64,000 nucleotides of DNA. It comes from the human T2T-CHM13v2.0 reference genome, Homo sapiens. Positions 1-13,463 of the stretch are shown here, in pieces. The stretch lies in assembly GCF_009914755.1 (NCBI RefSeq), contig NC_060939.1; one strand, given 5' to 3'. The notes under the pieces are model-generated. The model was not told the DNA's origin, searched no databases, and saw only the letters and a list, made by a program, of their open reading frames with translations. The translations under genes were made by a program, and so were the position numbers. Every line of letters begins with the position of its first letter. Within the stretch, counting starts at the first letter, position 1.

Positions 1-156
1 CCTTGAGGAATTGCCACACTGTCTTCCACAATGGTTGAACTAATTTACATTCCCACCAACAGTGTAAAAGCGTTCCTATTTCTCCAAATCCTCTCCAGCG
101 TCTGTTGTTTCCTGACTTTTTAATGATTGCCATTCTAACTGGTGAGAGATGGTATC
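1..156 (-). mobile_element. L1PA/PB ORF2 3' fragment
   Basis: gaggaattgccacactgtcttccacaatggttgaactaatttacattcccaccaacagtgtaaaagcgttcc is canonical antisense primate L1 sequence. Confidence 0.9.
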
Positions 157-199
157 CTTGGGCAGGGTTCAGTCTATCATTCTGCAACCCTGATACCCT

Positions 200-780
200 A
201 CTTAGGGTAGAATGTCCCCAGTCTGGGTCTGCCCTGTGAGGCCTCATGATTAGACTCTGTTGTGTATTGCTGGCAGGAACACTGTGGAAGTGATGCTCTG
301 TCCCCTGTGAACCACCTCAGGGACAAATCATGTCTACTTGGTCCATGTTGATGATGCTTATGTTGACCTCTTGGCTAAGGTGATGTGCATCAGGTCCCAC
401 CCCTAAATAGTTACTATTTTTGTGTTTGTATCTTGCAGAGATATACTCTTTGTAAATATTGTTTCTCATTAAATTTCTCCACCATTGGTTTTAGCATGGA
501 ATGAAATTTCTGTTTGCAACAATTAGCACTTGGTGGTCATCAAATGGTGACTATTTCCTTCCTTTCTCCTACATTTATTAGCTGACACTCCACTATAAGA
601 AAGCACTTTCCCTTCTCCCCCATTTATTTCTCTATTCATCCATTTCTTTCTTTTAATACAAACATATGCATTTTTCTTAAGAATCATCACCTATTTAATA
701 AATAATCACCTGTTACTATAATTAGTAGTTTGAGGCTCAAATTGTCCCAGTGCTCATCACACAAGCCCCATCACTCTTTG
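200..780 (-). mobile_element. Old L1MC4/5-like 3' UTR fragment
   Basis: Degenerate match to recalled L1MC 3' UTR (ggctaaggtg...ttagcat...tctacatttattag...ctttcccttctcccccatttattt). Confidence 0.6.
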
Positions 781-1287
781 GCCACTTGTTTTTTCCTGAA
801 GTGCTAGTTCTGCAAACACATCATGCTTCTCTGCAGCTCTTCTAATGGCACCACCCACTTATTGGCTGGATAATTCCCAGCACTTGTTAAACAGCCCCCT
901 TAGAAGCTTTCCCCAACTTCTCATGTTCCCGTCCCAAATCTTGCTGCTACCACATGACTCCATTATTATCATGGACTGTGCACTGTGCTTGTTTGTTTAG
1001 GCTTATAAGCAGTTGGTTTGTGATTCACATTTCTTTATTATCCTTCTAAGGCACCTCCCTGGTCCACATGAGGAACTCAATACATGTATGCTGAATAAGT
1101 GATTAGGAAAAAAAAAAAACTGTGTAAACCCTCTGACTTTATATAACCTGCTATTCTACAGGCTTCTATTAGATAGAGTCTCATCACTTTGTTGTTGGGA
1201 TCTATGTCTTTGGTCATTTTTTCCCATTGTTTTACATTACTGAGAAATGCATTATTGGTTCACATTCATGAAAGTTCTGGCATTATG

Positions 1288-1444
1288 TTTTATTTTTATT
1301 TTAGAGACAGAGTCTTATTCTGTTGCCCAGGCTGGAGTGCGGTAGTGCAATCATAATTCACTGCAGCCTTGAACTCCTGCACTCAAGCGATCTTCAGTCT
1401 CCCAAAGTGCTGGGATCACAGGCGTGCACCACCATTGCTCGCCC
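1288..1444 (-). mobile_element. FRAM / Alu right monomer
   Basis: Single Alu monomer with a T-rich tail, flanked by the direct repeat gcattatgttt (1280-1290 and 1447-1457). Confidence 0.85.
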
Positions 1445-1489
1445 ATGCATTATGTTTGAAATCCCTCCTTCATTGTTGGCTCCAACATA

Positions 1490-2165
1490 CTCCCTTATTT
1501 TCTCAAGAACTTGGACATGTAATGCACATCTGAAAGTAAACATGCCAAAACTCAGCTGCAGAGAGGCTGGTATTTCCTTGCAAATCAAACTCTCCTGTAA
1601 TCTTCCACATCTCTGATCAGGGCAACCTCAAGCTTCCATTTGTTCAGACCAAAGATGCAGGAGTCAACTTTAACATTTTTGACACCTGCATCTGGCCGAT
1701 CAGCAAGTCCTGTTGGGTTCTAAATATAATTTGAAGAGACAGCCCTCCTCTTGGCACTGTTCCTCTGCTACTATCCTCAAGCACCGTCATTCCTCCCTTG
1801 CAATACTGCAGCTCTCTCCTTGCCAGCGTCCCTGCCCTGCCAGGCTGACTTCTGGTTTTCAAACACCAGCCACGGTGATCTTGTTAAACTGAACTGGATT
1901 AAGTCCCTCTGCCCAGGCCTCTCCAATGACATCACATCTTACTCAGAAGAAAAGCCAAGTCCTACCACATCTTACAATGCTCTGAATGATGTGATACCCT
2001 GTTCCTCTCTGATATAAACTACTTCCTCTCCCTTTCTCCCCACCAGCACACTCCCTCTGGCTACTCCCTGAAAGTGTCCCCTCACCCCTCTGACCATACA
2101 CACTCCAGCCTCAGGCCTCGACCATCCTCCCCGTCTGGGGATAGCCCATGTCCCCTTCCTCAAGT
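1490..2165 (+). mobile_element. L2 fragment
   Basis: ttggacatgtaatgcacatctgaaagtaaacatgccaaaactc and downstream pyrimidine-rich L2 3' region motifs. Confidence 0.7.
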
Positions 2166-2465
2166 TTCCTGGTGCTTCAATATATATGACACATATATAC
2201 TATATTTTTTCCCTTTTAAGCTTAAACGCTAATATAATTTCTATTGACAGAATAATTAAGAAATTCAGCTGCTCTCTGTAAAGGCTTAATAAAAATGTAA
2301 ATTGTAATATAATGGAGAATTAATTGAAACACTCCAAAGCAGAGAAAGAATCGTGGAAGAGTTTAAAATTGCTCACAAGACTAACAGGGAGCCCGGTGAA
2401 TTGGCCATATTGTATAGAGTGTTTATGTAGCTTCCATCTGTGCCACATCCAATAGTTGTTATTTA

Positions 2466-3370
2466 CAGTCATGTGCAGATAGATCATGATGTTCCAGTCA
2501 ATGGTCTGCATATACAATGGTGGTCCTATCAGATTATAATGAAAAATTCTCATGACCTAGTGACATCATAGCTGTTGATAACATCATGGCACAGTAACTT
2601 CATTTTTTTTTTTTTTTTTTGAGACGGAGTCTCGCTGTCGCCCAGGCTGGAGTGCGGTGGCGCGCTCTCAGCTCACTGTAGGCTCTGCCCCCCGGGGTTC
2701 ACACCATTCTCCTGCCTCAGCCTCCCGAGTAGCTGGGACTACAGGCGCCCGCCACCTCGCCCGGCTAATTTTTTGTATTTTTAGTAGAGATGGGGTTTCA
2801 CTGTGTTAGCCAGGATGCTCTCAATCTCCTGACCTCCTGATCTGCCCGCCTCAGCCTCCCAAAATGCTGGGATTACAGGCGTGAGCCACCGCACCTGGAC
2901 AGTAACTTAATTTTTAAAAATAAATTTAGTGCAGCCTAAGGGCACAGTGTTTCTAAAGTCTACAGCAGTGTAATGTCCTGGCCTTCACATTCACCACCCT
3001 GGCCTTCACATTCACCGCTCACTCACTGACTCACCCAGAGCAGCTCCCAGTCCTGCAAGCTCCATCCATGGTAAGTGCCCTAGACAGGTATACCATTTTT
3101 ATCTTTTACGCTGTATTTTTACTATACCTTTTCTAAGTTTAGAAACACACATACTTACCATTGTGTTATAGTTGCCTGTAGTATTCAGTACAGCAACATT
3201 CTGTACAGGTTTGTAGCTTGGGAGCAACAGGCTATACCACATAGCCTAGGCATGTAGTAGGCTATGCCATCTAGGTTTGTACAAGCACACTCTACGATGT
3301 TCACACAATGACAAAATCACCTAAACGTATTTCTCGGATTGTATCCCTGTGGTCAAGCAACATATGACTG
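2466..3370 (+). mobile_element. Tigger3 (Tigger3c-like) DNA transposon interrupted by an Alu
   Basis: Terminal inverted repeats cagtcatgtg...catatgactg with TA duplications at 2464-2465 and 3371-3372; ~600 bp once the Alu is removed. Confidence 0.85.
2601..2898 (-). mobile_element. AluY, Ye5-like
   Basis: Diagnostics ctcgctgtcgccc, gccccccggggttc, gccacctcgcccgg; TSD acagtaactt (2591-2600 and 2899-2908). Confidence 0.9.
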
Positions 3371-5989
3371 TACCTCTATGTAATCAGTGTGTATGCTGCA
3401 TGCACACATCTATGTATCTATATGTCTGGATACGCAGTGTGTGTGTACATGAATGCTTGTTGCTTTTGAGGTCAGCAGGGTGCAATATTTCAGTACAAGG
3501 CAGCAGATGGTTTACAACTGGGGAGAAGGCATTAGAACAGTATCATGAGGTTTGTGTGAAGGCCATGCTGATGCTGCTTCAAATGTCCACACTGTAAACA
3601 CACAGAGCCTTTGGGCCACCACTTGTCTCCTGTGCAGTCATAGTAGGTGGCTTAGGTGATTAATTTCCGCCAGAGATGCTGCCTTTCCTTCGTCAATGCA
3701 GGTTTTGCTTTCTCCTCCCTTACAGTGGTCTTCAGCCACAGTTAGCCTTTTCAAGCATTTTTAAAGAATGAGTTGAAAATCAAGTAAAAAAGACAAAGCC
3801 CTATCACTCATTTCCTCCTCCATCTTTTGAGAAAGACATTAAGAACTCTGTCTAATAGAAAACAATGTAATCATTTCTAAATCAACGTGATCAACAGTTG
3901 GTTTCCTTTTTCTGCCCATAAAATTAAAATTTTACCTTAAATAAATGAAGACCATTGAAAAACCATGAAAGTGTATCCCACAGAGAAGACCAGGGATGCC
4001 TGCTCCTCACAGCCTGGCTGTGTCACGGGACTGAAGGCAAATGCGCTGCACAGCAGCCTCCGCATCGGACCCAGGCTCCTAGGCCAGGGACTGCATCTTT
4101 TTACTGAATTCCCGATGCCCAGTGCAGCATCTGGCTCGAAGTCGGTGCTCAATAAAACTCTGCTGCCTGCCTGCCTGAGGGAATGGATAAATAACTGAAG
4201 GAGAAGAGGCGGGGTCTGCTTGTGTGAACTTAGACTAAGGGAGGATCTGCCAGGACTGTGCCATGAAGGCACAGTGGCACACAGTCTGTGGCACAGTCTC
4301 ATCAGCCCTTGCAGGTTCTGGTTATTGAGCCATGACATACCATAGGGAGTGAAGGGCCCCCGATCCCTCTGAGGTCAAGGGAATCTCTGGCAGGGACTGG
4401 GAGAGGGTGTAGGATGAGCTCTGATTGGTATGGACACAGTCAGTCCCTCCTCACCTCAGCCACGCAGGAATGGCCCTGAAGTTTCCAAGCCTGCCACAGC
4501 GCCCATCTAGAGAAAACCAAGCTGTCCAGGTCTACACAGGTATATATTCTATGGCCATTACACAAGGCTTCTTGGTAGATATTCATGGATCTCTCAGAAA
4601 ATGGGCAGCTTCTCACAGAACAGACATGGGTGCCCACCGACTCCAAACACTCTCACTGGCTGGAAATCGCAGGTTTGCAAACACACTCCTGAATGCACTG
4701 CCAGTTTCAATGCACAGCCACGTGGCATGGAGTGACAGTTTGCATGGAATGGTGGCCCTGTCAGGGAGACGAGGTTCATCACAGAAAGAGGTCTGGGGAT
4801 GCTGGTTTGAAGAGGGATGGAATGCAGGCAGGACCACTGCGGCCCAGGGAGTGACCAGAGCCAGCAGAGTTGCCACCACCCAGGGCCCAGGAGGAACTGC
4901 TAATGAGCCAGGCTGGGCTGCAGGATGTTTGGGTTGAAAGGTCCCTAGCACAGTGGTCCTTGTCCACTTCGTGGTCTTACAGTTGGCAAAACAGAGGCCT
5001 AGACAATATAAGATTACATCCCAGAGACAGCAATACACACAGAGGCCATGGGATTTCCAACTGGCTGTCAAAAAGGAAAGTTCTGAGTCCCTGGCCTGTC
5101 TGATTGCCTGGGCAGCTGTGACCCAAATCCTCTTAGCCCCCTGACAGCAGTGTAGATGGGAAGAGAGCAGGGAAGATGTTGCTGGCTGGAGTGCCTCAGC
5201 GTTGCTGCAAAGATGACCAGCAGTCCTTCCTACTAGCTAGGACAGTGATTCCACCATGAGGACCATGGGGCAGAAGTCAGGAGAGTGGAAGATAGGATGC
5301 AGGAGGGCAAGGAGGCGAAGGATGCAAGGACATGGAGCCCAGCCAGAAAGGAGGGGAGCTCCTGCAGAGCCTGAGAACTCGGGATGGCTGCGTGGCAAGG
5401 GATTGAAACTGCTGGAGGAGGCCCGGAGGCCTGCCAGCCAACTACTCAGCTGATGGCGCAGCTCTGGAGGTGCTGCCCCACCTCACCACACAATCTGCCC
5501 TTGCTTGTGGTGCCAGTGCTACATGGGGCACAATTGCCCTGCCGCCTTCTGAAAGTATATGTACCACTCCCAACTGCCCCCCGCACCGCACGCCACCCCC
5601 CCCCTCCGCCCCCCGTTTGCCCATGAAATTTGGCCACTTCATCTCGGAGGCCAGCCTTGCCGAGAGAAAGAAACGCAAGTCATACATCCTTCTGGACTTT
5701 CCCTTGACACTCAAGCCCTCAACTTTTTCAATGATATAATTAAGATCATATGATATGTTCTTGGGTGATTTGTTTTTCCTATGCCATAGATATTTCTCTG
5801 TGTCACCAGAGAGAGCTAGTTCATTTCCCCCGACTTGCTGCATTGCTTTCCCTTGTGTACATGTACTGTGATTCCTTTAACCATTTTTGTTTCATGGGCT
5901 TTGTCTTCCTATTACAAAACAAAAGTAAAATTGGGACACTTGTCTGACTCTCTCAGCCTGCAGAGGCAGAAGTTGCTGTAGAAAAAAAA

Positions 5990-6720
5990 TCCTGCAAGTG
6001 GAGTTGCTGGGTCAAAATGGAATTGCAAAATTTAGACAGAGACCGCCATATTGTCCTTCAAGGACCATATACCAAGTAACGCATCACCAGTCACTAGCCA
6101 GGTGAGTGCCGTCTCCCCACACCCTCGCCAAGACTGGACATCTTTCTTATTTTGTTTGCCAACATAGTAAGTAAAACGTGGTACCTCAGAGTTTTGTTGT
6201 TGTTGTTAATTGGCTCTCCTCTGATTACTCACGGAGCTGGTTAACTTTTCACATGTTTATTGGCTATTTATATTTCTTCTTTGGTGAACTGCCTATGTAT
6301 ATATTTCCTGGTTAATTTTACTTGCTCATTTTTCTTATTGATCTGAGGCACTCTGTGTATTACGGGCATTACATTATCATTGGTGGCTTGTCTTTTCATT
6401 TACAAAAACGATTTTCCCTACAGAAGTTGAAAATTTAATGAAATAAAATCTGTGCTGTTTCTCTTCTATGGCTTGTGGGGTTTTGGGTTTGCTTAGAAAA
6501 TTCTTCCCGTAAAATAAATACTATTCTCTGATATCTCCTTGTAATAGTTCTTGGGGTTATTTTTCTCCTAAATGTTCACACTTTAATGCATCTGGAAGTA
6601 ACATTTGCAAATGGTAAAGGGTTTCCCTAGTGAATTGCTTTCACATGGATGACCAAGTGTTACTACACAGTTACATGATCTGTGCTTCATCAATGATTTG
6701 AAATACCACATTTATCATAC
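5990..6720 (-). mobile_element. Old L1M fragment
   Basis: Degenerate antisense L1 3' ORF2 motifs (ttttcacatgtttattggctatttatatttcttctttggtgaactgcct). Confidence 0.7.
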
Positions 6721-6749
6721 ACAATATGCCTCTGATGCAATCCTAAGGA

Positions 6750-7784
6750 GATAGGAATGGGTGATAGAAGCTGGAGTGGGGCTTCAAGGAACTGGGATTG
6801 TTTCTGCTACTCACAGAATGGGGGCATACATAGAAGCTGAGCCATGCAGTTGCTCTCACACACCTGAGATCGCATCTTTCACAGTCAGAATACAAGGGCA
6901 GGAGTGCTGGGGTCCTGAAACCAATGTGAAAGGACCATCCAGCCTTTACCTGAAGGAATGTTCCCTGGATTATGGTTGTTTGAAGGCTGACTCACACACA
7001 GTGGAAAAACTAGACACGATGTTTTAGGGAAAAGAGCTTAAGGGTAGGTCCTCCTGTTGAAGCCAGCTACAATTAAGTCAAGAGAGGGGCAGGGGTGGGG
7101 GGCACGAAAGCAAAGAAATGCCACTTATCTGAAATCTCCAAGAGGAATGTGGATGGCAACTGGCACCTGCAGCTGATAGGGACCCACCAGATTCCAAGCC
7201 TCTGGGCTGTGAGTGATTGCGGGGCAGAGGGATCGGGAGCCTCATGTAGCAGAGACCTGGGACTGCTCCAGACACAAAATGAGCCCAGAGCCCCCCACAT
7301 GACTACAGGTAGGAAGCAGGCTGAGAAAGCTGCGAGCTTGCAAGGATGCCATGGTCTCTTTAGTGCCCTATTCTCCAAAGAGGAGCTAAGGCCAGGAGAG
7401 TAGGAGATGAAGTCCCTGCCCTGCTGGGAAACTGAACGACCAAGGGTGATGGGACCTCACAGCCTCTGCCCAGTGGAATTTCAGGGTTTCTATGGCCATT
7501 GACAGTCGCCTGTCTCCCAGTTATTCCATTCCTGTTCTACTACTGCATGTTGTTGTGTGGGTGTGACTGTATGGTTGCGTGGTATCAGCTAACTTGTTCT
7601 TTTATTTAGCCCATGGGTCTCCAGACTCAAAGAAGCTATATCTGCATCTTTCAAAGAGACCACTGGGCATCACGCAGAAGCCCGTGACTTTGAGGCTGAT
7701 GAGACTTTAGGATGTCTCCCACTACCTTTGATATTTGTGTAGCAAAAAGACTGAATCAAATATTCAGTGACCAGAAGGATAGAC
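6750..7784 (+). mobile_element. MLT1 (MaLR) internal 3' portion
   Basis: Ends in a polypurine-tract-like ccagaaggatagac immediately before the TG of an MLT1 LTR. Confidence 0.5.
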
Positions 7785-8155
7785 TGTGGTTGGCATTAAA
7801 ACTGTTCACTAATATCCACTTTTCTTCTGCTTCTGGGCTCTCAGAAGAATTGCAGCTCCTGGCCTCCCCAAAGCTACACGTGGCTCTGTAACTTGCTTTG
7901 ACCAATGAAATATAAGTGGCAGATGTCATTTTAAGTGGATGCATTTAATTGCCAGTGCTTACCTCTCCAGTCCTTCTCTTCCTCCTGCCCCTAAGCCTGG
8001 TGACCTCCTGATGGCAGCGCTCCATCAGCCTGGAGGAGAATGGCATGTAGCAAGCCCTGACTTCCCTGTGCACCAGGAGCAGAAAATAAACCTTTGTGGT
8101 TTGAGCTGCCGAGATCTGGGGGCTATGTGTTACTGTATCTAACTTAAACTAATTG
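7785..8155 (+). mobile_element. MLT1H/I/J-like LTR
   Basis: tgtgg start, acttgctttgaccaatgaaat, aaataaacctttgtggtttgagc...gagat. Confidence 0.75.
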
Positions 8156-8530
8156 AAAGTACCTTCATTCATTCCCATGGACTCAAATATCTCTATATTG
8201 ATGACTCTCAGATTTATAATTCTAATGCAGTCCTCAACCCTGAGCTAGACAGAGTTTTTTTTTTTTTGGTTCTGCTTTTCTTAACCTATGAATATTCAAG
8301 CGCCCAAGACTCCGTGTTGAGCTCCTTTTTCTTCTCTGTCTACACTTTCCTCCCTTGTAATCTTATTCCCTATCGGGCCTTAAATATTTAAGCACCAGTG
8401 TCTTCCAAATTTAAATCTCTAGCCCTGACTAATACCTCTCTAGTACACATCGCTTAATTCCTGGATAGTTCCTACATGACTCTGGACTCTTGAAACTGAA
8501 TTTAAGCATTGTCTCTGTCTCTCGAATTAC

Positions 8531-8564
8531 ACACACACACACACGCACACACACACACACACAC
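8531..8564. repeat. (AC)n microsatellite
   Basis: Direct reading; one interruption. Confidence 0.95.
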
Positions 8565-9819
8565 TTTGTGAAATAGTGTTTGCATTTTTCCCACTTAAGT
8601 AGTAAGACTGGAGCAAATTTCATAATTAAAAAAAAATCCCTTGAACAGTGTAGCTAAGAAGAAAGGAAGGAAGGAAAAAAGGAAAGGGAGATCTAAGCTT
8701 GATCACATCAAACAGAAAATGTAAACACTACGGACAGAATGTTATTGTACCCCATTAGCAACCTGGCTTCAACAAATCATTTTGCAAAGCAAGAATCAGA
8801 ACCTAAACTAGCCCCTTTCCCAAGACGTATATTCCTTAAGAAATATGCCCTTGAGAACATTGCTCTCACAGGACACTTCAGTCATCAGTAACTTCATGTG
8901 GGCTCCAATGGCTGCAATGATCCACTGTACCTACCAGCCAAGAGCATATTCTAGAGGATTTCTCAATGTTAGAAGTGACGATGGCATTGCCACGGTTCTT
9001 TTTGTCAACAGTGTTCAATGGGAAGATTGTTCCTGCATGGGTCAATTTCTAGGAAAATCCACTTGAATTAGCGATGGAAAACAGCAAAAATAGTAACAGA
9101 AAAACACATGCGGCCTGCTTCACTATGTCCTATTACGATACATGGAAACGTCTGAAATCTTCACTTACATCTCCCTATTTTGACTCCTCATCAGAGAGGT
9201 GAGGCTGACTGAGAGGGAGACAGGAGGCTGTGGACCAGGGCCATGGGCCATGTGGGAGCAGGTGCTAGGTCCAAGCGCTCATTCTCCCCTAAGAGACTCT
9301 CTCCCCTACCAGGTCTCAAATCCATCACCCCATCATGTCCAGCACAAGAACTTGGCCATGCATCCATTCTCAGCCTGGTATCCCATACTCCAAGTGGCTC
9401 ATCTCTCAACCTCACCTCATATCCCCACCTTTCCCAACCTTCCCACAGCAGAGCTTGTGCTGATTTATAAGGCTGCCTCTATTTTGTACAAGTTCCTACA
9501 TAGTCCAAGGCCTGTTCTAGGCTTTCCAGTTTCTCCCACAGTACCAGCCCAGGCAGGAATACCACATATTGTAGTTACTGTTCATTTAAAACATTGATCT
9601 CTCCATCCACCCTCCTTTTTTTTCCCCACTGCTGTCTCAGACCTTTAGTATTCAATAGGTATTTTAGAATTATTTTGTCAAATTCCACAAAAATCCATGT
9701 TGAAATGTTGAGCATTTGGACTGTATTTTGAGACCAATTCATGAGGAACTGTCATCTCACCACACTGAGTCTTTTGATCTAGAATGAAATTCCAATGAAT
9801 ATCCTTCATTCATTCTTCA

Positions 9820-11120
9820 ACCTGGTGCCAGCTGGCCTCAGCTTTGGCCTTTCCTCCAAGACTATTCTTGCTAAGATCCACGGGATGGCCCTGTTACCAA
9901 TACTGTGGGTGTGTCATTCCCTGTTGTATTTGCCTCCTTGTGTTTGTTGTCTTTGATGACTTCTTCCTTGAACATTCTCCTCTGTTGCTGCAATAACACC
10001 TGGCTCTCCTGTTTCATCTGAGTACTTCTCAGCCGCCCCTTCTGACTCTTCTTGGCTGGACTTTCTGTGGCTATCTGACATGTAAATGACACCCCAGGGC
10101 TCCACTCTGAGCTCCTTTATGCTCACTTATGCTTTCTCCACAGATGAAGCTGTCAGTAGCCACGTCTTTAAATATCACCCAAACGCCAACACTTTCCAGG
10201 TTTATATTTCAAGCCCCCAACTCTCTTCTGAACTTTACCTTGGTTTTGTACATCTGACCACTTAGTCTCCACTTGGATACCTCACAGTTATTGCAAACAT
10301 AATGAGGCAAAAAGCACATGTGGCTGTCTTCTTTGAATTGGCTTCTCCTCCAATTTTCCTGAGTTTAGTAAAAGTTCTTCCATCTACTCAGTTGATCAAA
10401 CCAGTATCCCGGGAGCCATTCTTAAACTGCCTTCTTTCACGATGCATCAGTAATTTCATGGCAGGATTTCCACCTTCAAAATAGCATTGAGGCTACTGGA
10501 TTCTCCCCATTTTCACTTCTACCATCTGCCCCAGCACAGAGCAGCTGAGATGGCCCCTCATTCCTCCTCTCTGTCCCCACCTCAATCCATTTTCCGTTTA
10601 GTGATCTGTATGATCTTTTCAATGGGTTCATACTTTTCCTTCACCTTAATTCTACAGTTACAGAGAATTACAGAGAGAATTAAACAGAAGACCCTTTCTG
10701 TGACCTGGGCAGCCCCTGCCTAACTCTCCACCTCTCTACGCATGACCTTTCTTTATTCCTCATCCTCCTGCTTTGTGAGCTTTCTTCCCTCAACACTCTC
10801 AGGATCGTTCCTCCTTGGCCCAGAATCTTTCCTGTAAGGACTCACACATATCCTTTAGGTCTCAGGTGCTATGTCACCTGCTCAAATGCTTTCCTTGGTT
10901 AAATTATCTCAACGAAGTCCCACCTTTATTTTCTCACGAACCCACTTTTTTCCTTTACTATGCTTCACATTCATTGCAACTATGTGCATGTGTGTGTTAC
11001 TAGCTTATCTTTTATTATACTGTGACGTCCAGGTAGGGATGGACTATGTCTGTCATTCTCCCCTGGAGATCCAGCAGTTGGCCTGATGCCCAGTGCAGAG
11101 ATACCTAGAGAGCACCAGCT
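9820..11120 (+). mobile_element. L2 3' portion
   Basis: ctccacttggatacctcacag, ctttaggtctcag...atgtcacct and degenerate L2 3' end. Confidence 0.7.
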
Positions 11121-11137
11121 AAAAACAGATGTGTATA

Positions 11138-11459
11138 CAGTAGTCCTGCCTTATCTGTGGTTTTTCTTACCCATGGTCAACCAGGGTCTGAAAATAGGTG
11201 AGTACAGTACAATAAAATATTTTGAGAGGGCGACAGAAACCATATTCACATAAATTTTATTATAGTATGTTGTGATAATTATTTCTAAATTATTGTTGTT
11301 AATCTCTTACTATACCTAATTTATAAATTAAACTTTATCATAGGTAGGTATGCAGAAAAAAAGTTAGTATATATAGGGTTTGGTACTAGCTGCAGTTTCA
11401 GGTATCCACTGGGGTTTCGGAATGTATTCTCCACGTATGGGGGTGTTAAGGGGTTACTG
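11138..11459 (+). mobile_element. MER44A (TcMar-Tigger MITE)
   Basis: Terminal inverted repeats cagtagtcc...ggttactg, TA duplications, ggtcaacc...gaaaataggtgagtacagtacaataa. Confidence 0.9.
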
Positions 11460-12150
11460 TATCTGTTTATTGAAGAAATAAATAACTAAAGTTTATAACC
11501 ATGATACCCTGTGGATGAGCAAAAAAAGCATGGGCTGTTAGTCCTGGTCTGTAATAATAACTCTGACACTGACTGTCATGACAAAGAAGAAATAACAGCA
11601 TGGTGACTTCAATGCCTAGCATATGGCAGGCAATGGGTTATGGCCACAGTCACATTAATACGGAAGCTTGCATTTAAAGTAGTAAAGAACATGGCTACTG
11701 AGTGTGGCCCTTTTTTGGTTTTCCTTTTAAAGTTAAAACTGGCACTTAGATCTGATATCTAGTTTACCTTCACGGGCATTCCATGTGGTACCTGGGAAAT
11801 AATATAGCTAAAATTGGGTATTATTTTCATTTTCACTTTTAGATTTAACCCTCTGCTTTCTGTGTGATTAATCCCACCTCACCCACATGCATGCCCTGAG
11901 GTCAATGCACCTTTCCATAAGCACACCTCACACTCTCCTTGGAGGGCAAGGCTCCTCCAAACGATGGTTGCAGCTGTAGCCTCCTGCTCGTTGTCAGATT
12001 TCTTAACCTTCCTATCCACATCTGCTCTATCAGTTCCTTCTCTCTACATGCTTCCCAGCCCTCTGCCCTTTGTCCTCCACTCTTATTCCTCCCACTGGGT
12101 CTCATGTGTGCTTTATTTTTCCTTCTCTCTCCTATGATACTAATGATTCC

Positions 12151-12509
12151 TGTTATGAACTGAATGTCTGTGTCCCCACCAAATTCATATATTGAAACCC
12201 TAGCCCCCCAGGGTAATGTTATTAGGAGGTGAGGCCTTTGGCAGGTGATTAGGTCATGAGGGTGCAGCCTCATGAATGGAATTCGTGCCCTGTTAAGAAG
12301 AGACATCTGCTTCCTCTCTCTCTGCCATGTGAGGACACAGCAAGAAGGTGGTTGTCAGCAACCAGGAAGAGAGCCCCACCAGAACCAACCATGTTGGCAC
12401 TCTATTCTTGGACTTCCCAGCCTCCAGAACTGTGAGAAATAAATGTCTGTTGTTTAAGCCACCCAGGCTACAGTATTCTGTGATAGCAGCCCACGGTGCC
12501 TGAGAGACA
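12151..12509 (+). mobile_element. MLT1A/MLT1A0 solo LTR
   Basis: TG...CA ends; caaattcatatattgaaaccct; ttggacttcccagcctccagaactgtgagaaataaat. Confidence 0.9.
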
Positions 12510-12829
12510 ACCCTCTGCATTTAAAGCTCTTACCTCCCATTATGAGATTTTACTTTGTTTCCCCTTCTCCATAACTACCTTTAATGCTGGCTCTCTCCCT
12601 TCTCTAACTGCCTTGTTCTGAATGGGCCTTGCTTGAGAGAGTTCATCCATCCCTGTCAAAGGCATCAAATTCCCTCTATGAGTTTGGCTCTGAAATGTCA
12701 ACCTTCTGGCCAGCCTCTCAATTCAAACTCAGTTCAGTCTCCAGTTGTCTGCTGCAGAATTTTATTTCCTGGCGTATACACTGAAGTGACCACACCAGAT
12801 GATGAGAGGTCAGATTCAGCTGCTGCCAA

Positions 12830-13020
12830 GGTGTAGTAAGAATGCAGTTGGGTGGAGATGACCTAGGTTAAATCCCAATGCTACTATTTCTCAACTGTGT
12901 GACCTTGGGCAGGATACTCAGGCTTCCTACAACTTCTTGTTCTCATCTCCAACATGGGGGCGGTGGCAGGATTGCTGTCATCCCCCAGAGCACTGAGCCC
13001 ACGGCCAATACAGAGTGAGC
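12830..13020 (+). mobile_element. MIR
   Basis: ggttaaatccc...ctgtgtgaccttgggcag MIR core. Confidence 0.75.
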
Positions 13021-13463
13021 CCCACATGGTCTACAGGAGGTCAGTGATGGACATGATGGAGGGATGGAGGACCATTGATAGTTCAAACTCAGGTACTGCA
13101 TGCTTTCTCCCTGGAGAAGAGTTTAGTAGCACCTTGGTCAAGTTGCTGAAGTGTCAAAGGAAAAACTACAAAATATACGTACAAAATATCCTTAGGACTA
13201 AATCCAAGGTCCTCTCTTCTCCCTAATAGTTGAAATGATCTCTTGGGTCTCAGGGGATGTGCAGCACCAGACTCCTGGGATAATGCATTTGTGGCGTAAT
13301 CTGTTTTGTTATAACTGTTTGATGTTTCAGTCAAATGCTGGTGAATCATGTGCATTTTCTCCTTCTCTAAAGGGTGATCTCTTTTTACATCCCTATGGAG
13401 TTTTCCACATTCAGGAATTGGGAGTATTTTCTGATTTTGCATTCTAAAAGAGTAAGATAAGAA

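Noticed and set aside
4425-5071. Overlapping 170-aa (+) and 152-aa (-) ORFs
   Set aside because: No recognisable domain or exon structure; consistent with chance ORFs in moderately GC-rich DNA.
9161-9170. Minus-strand GTAAGT donor-like motif (also ~56792)
   Set aside because: No supportable paired acceptor or coding frame; expected by chance in 64 kb.
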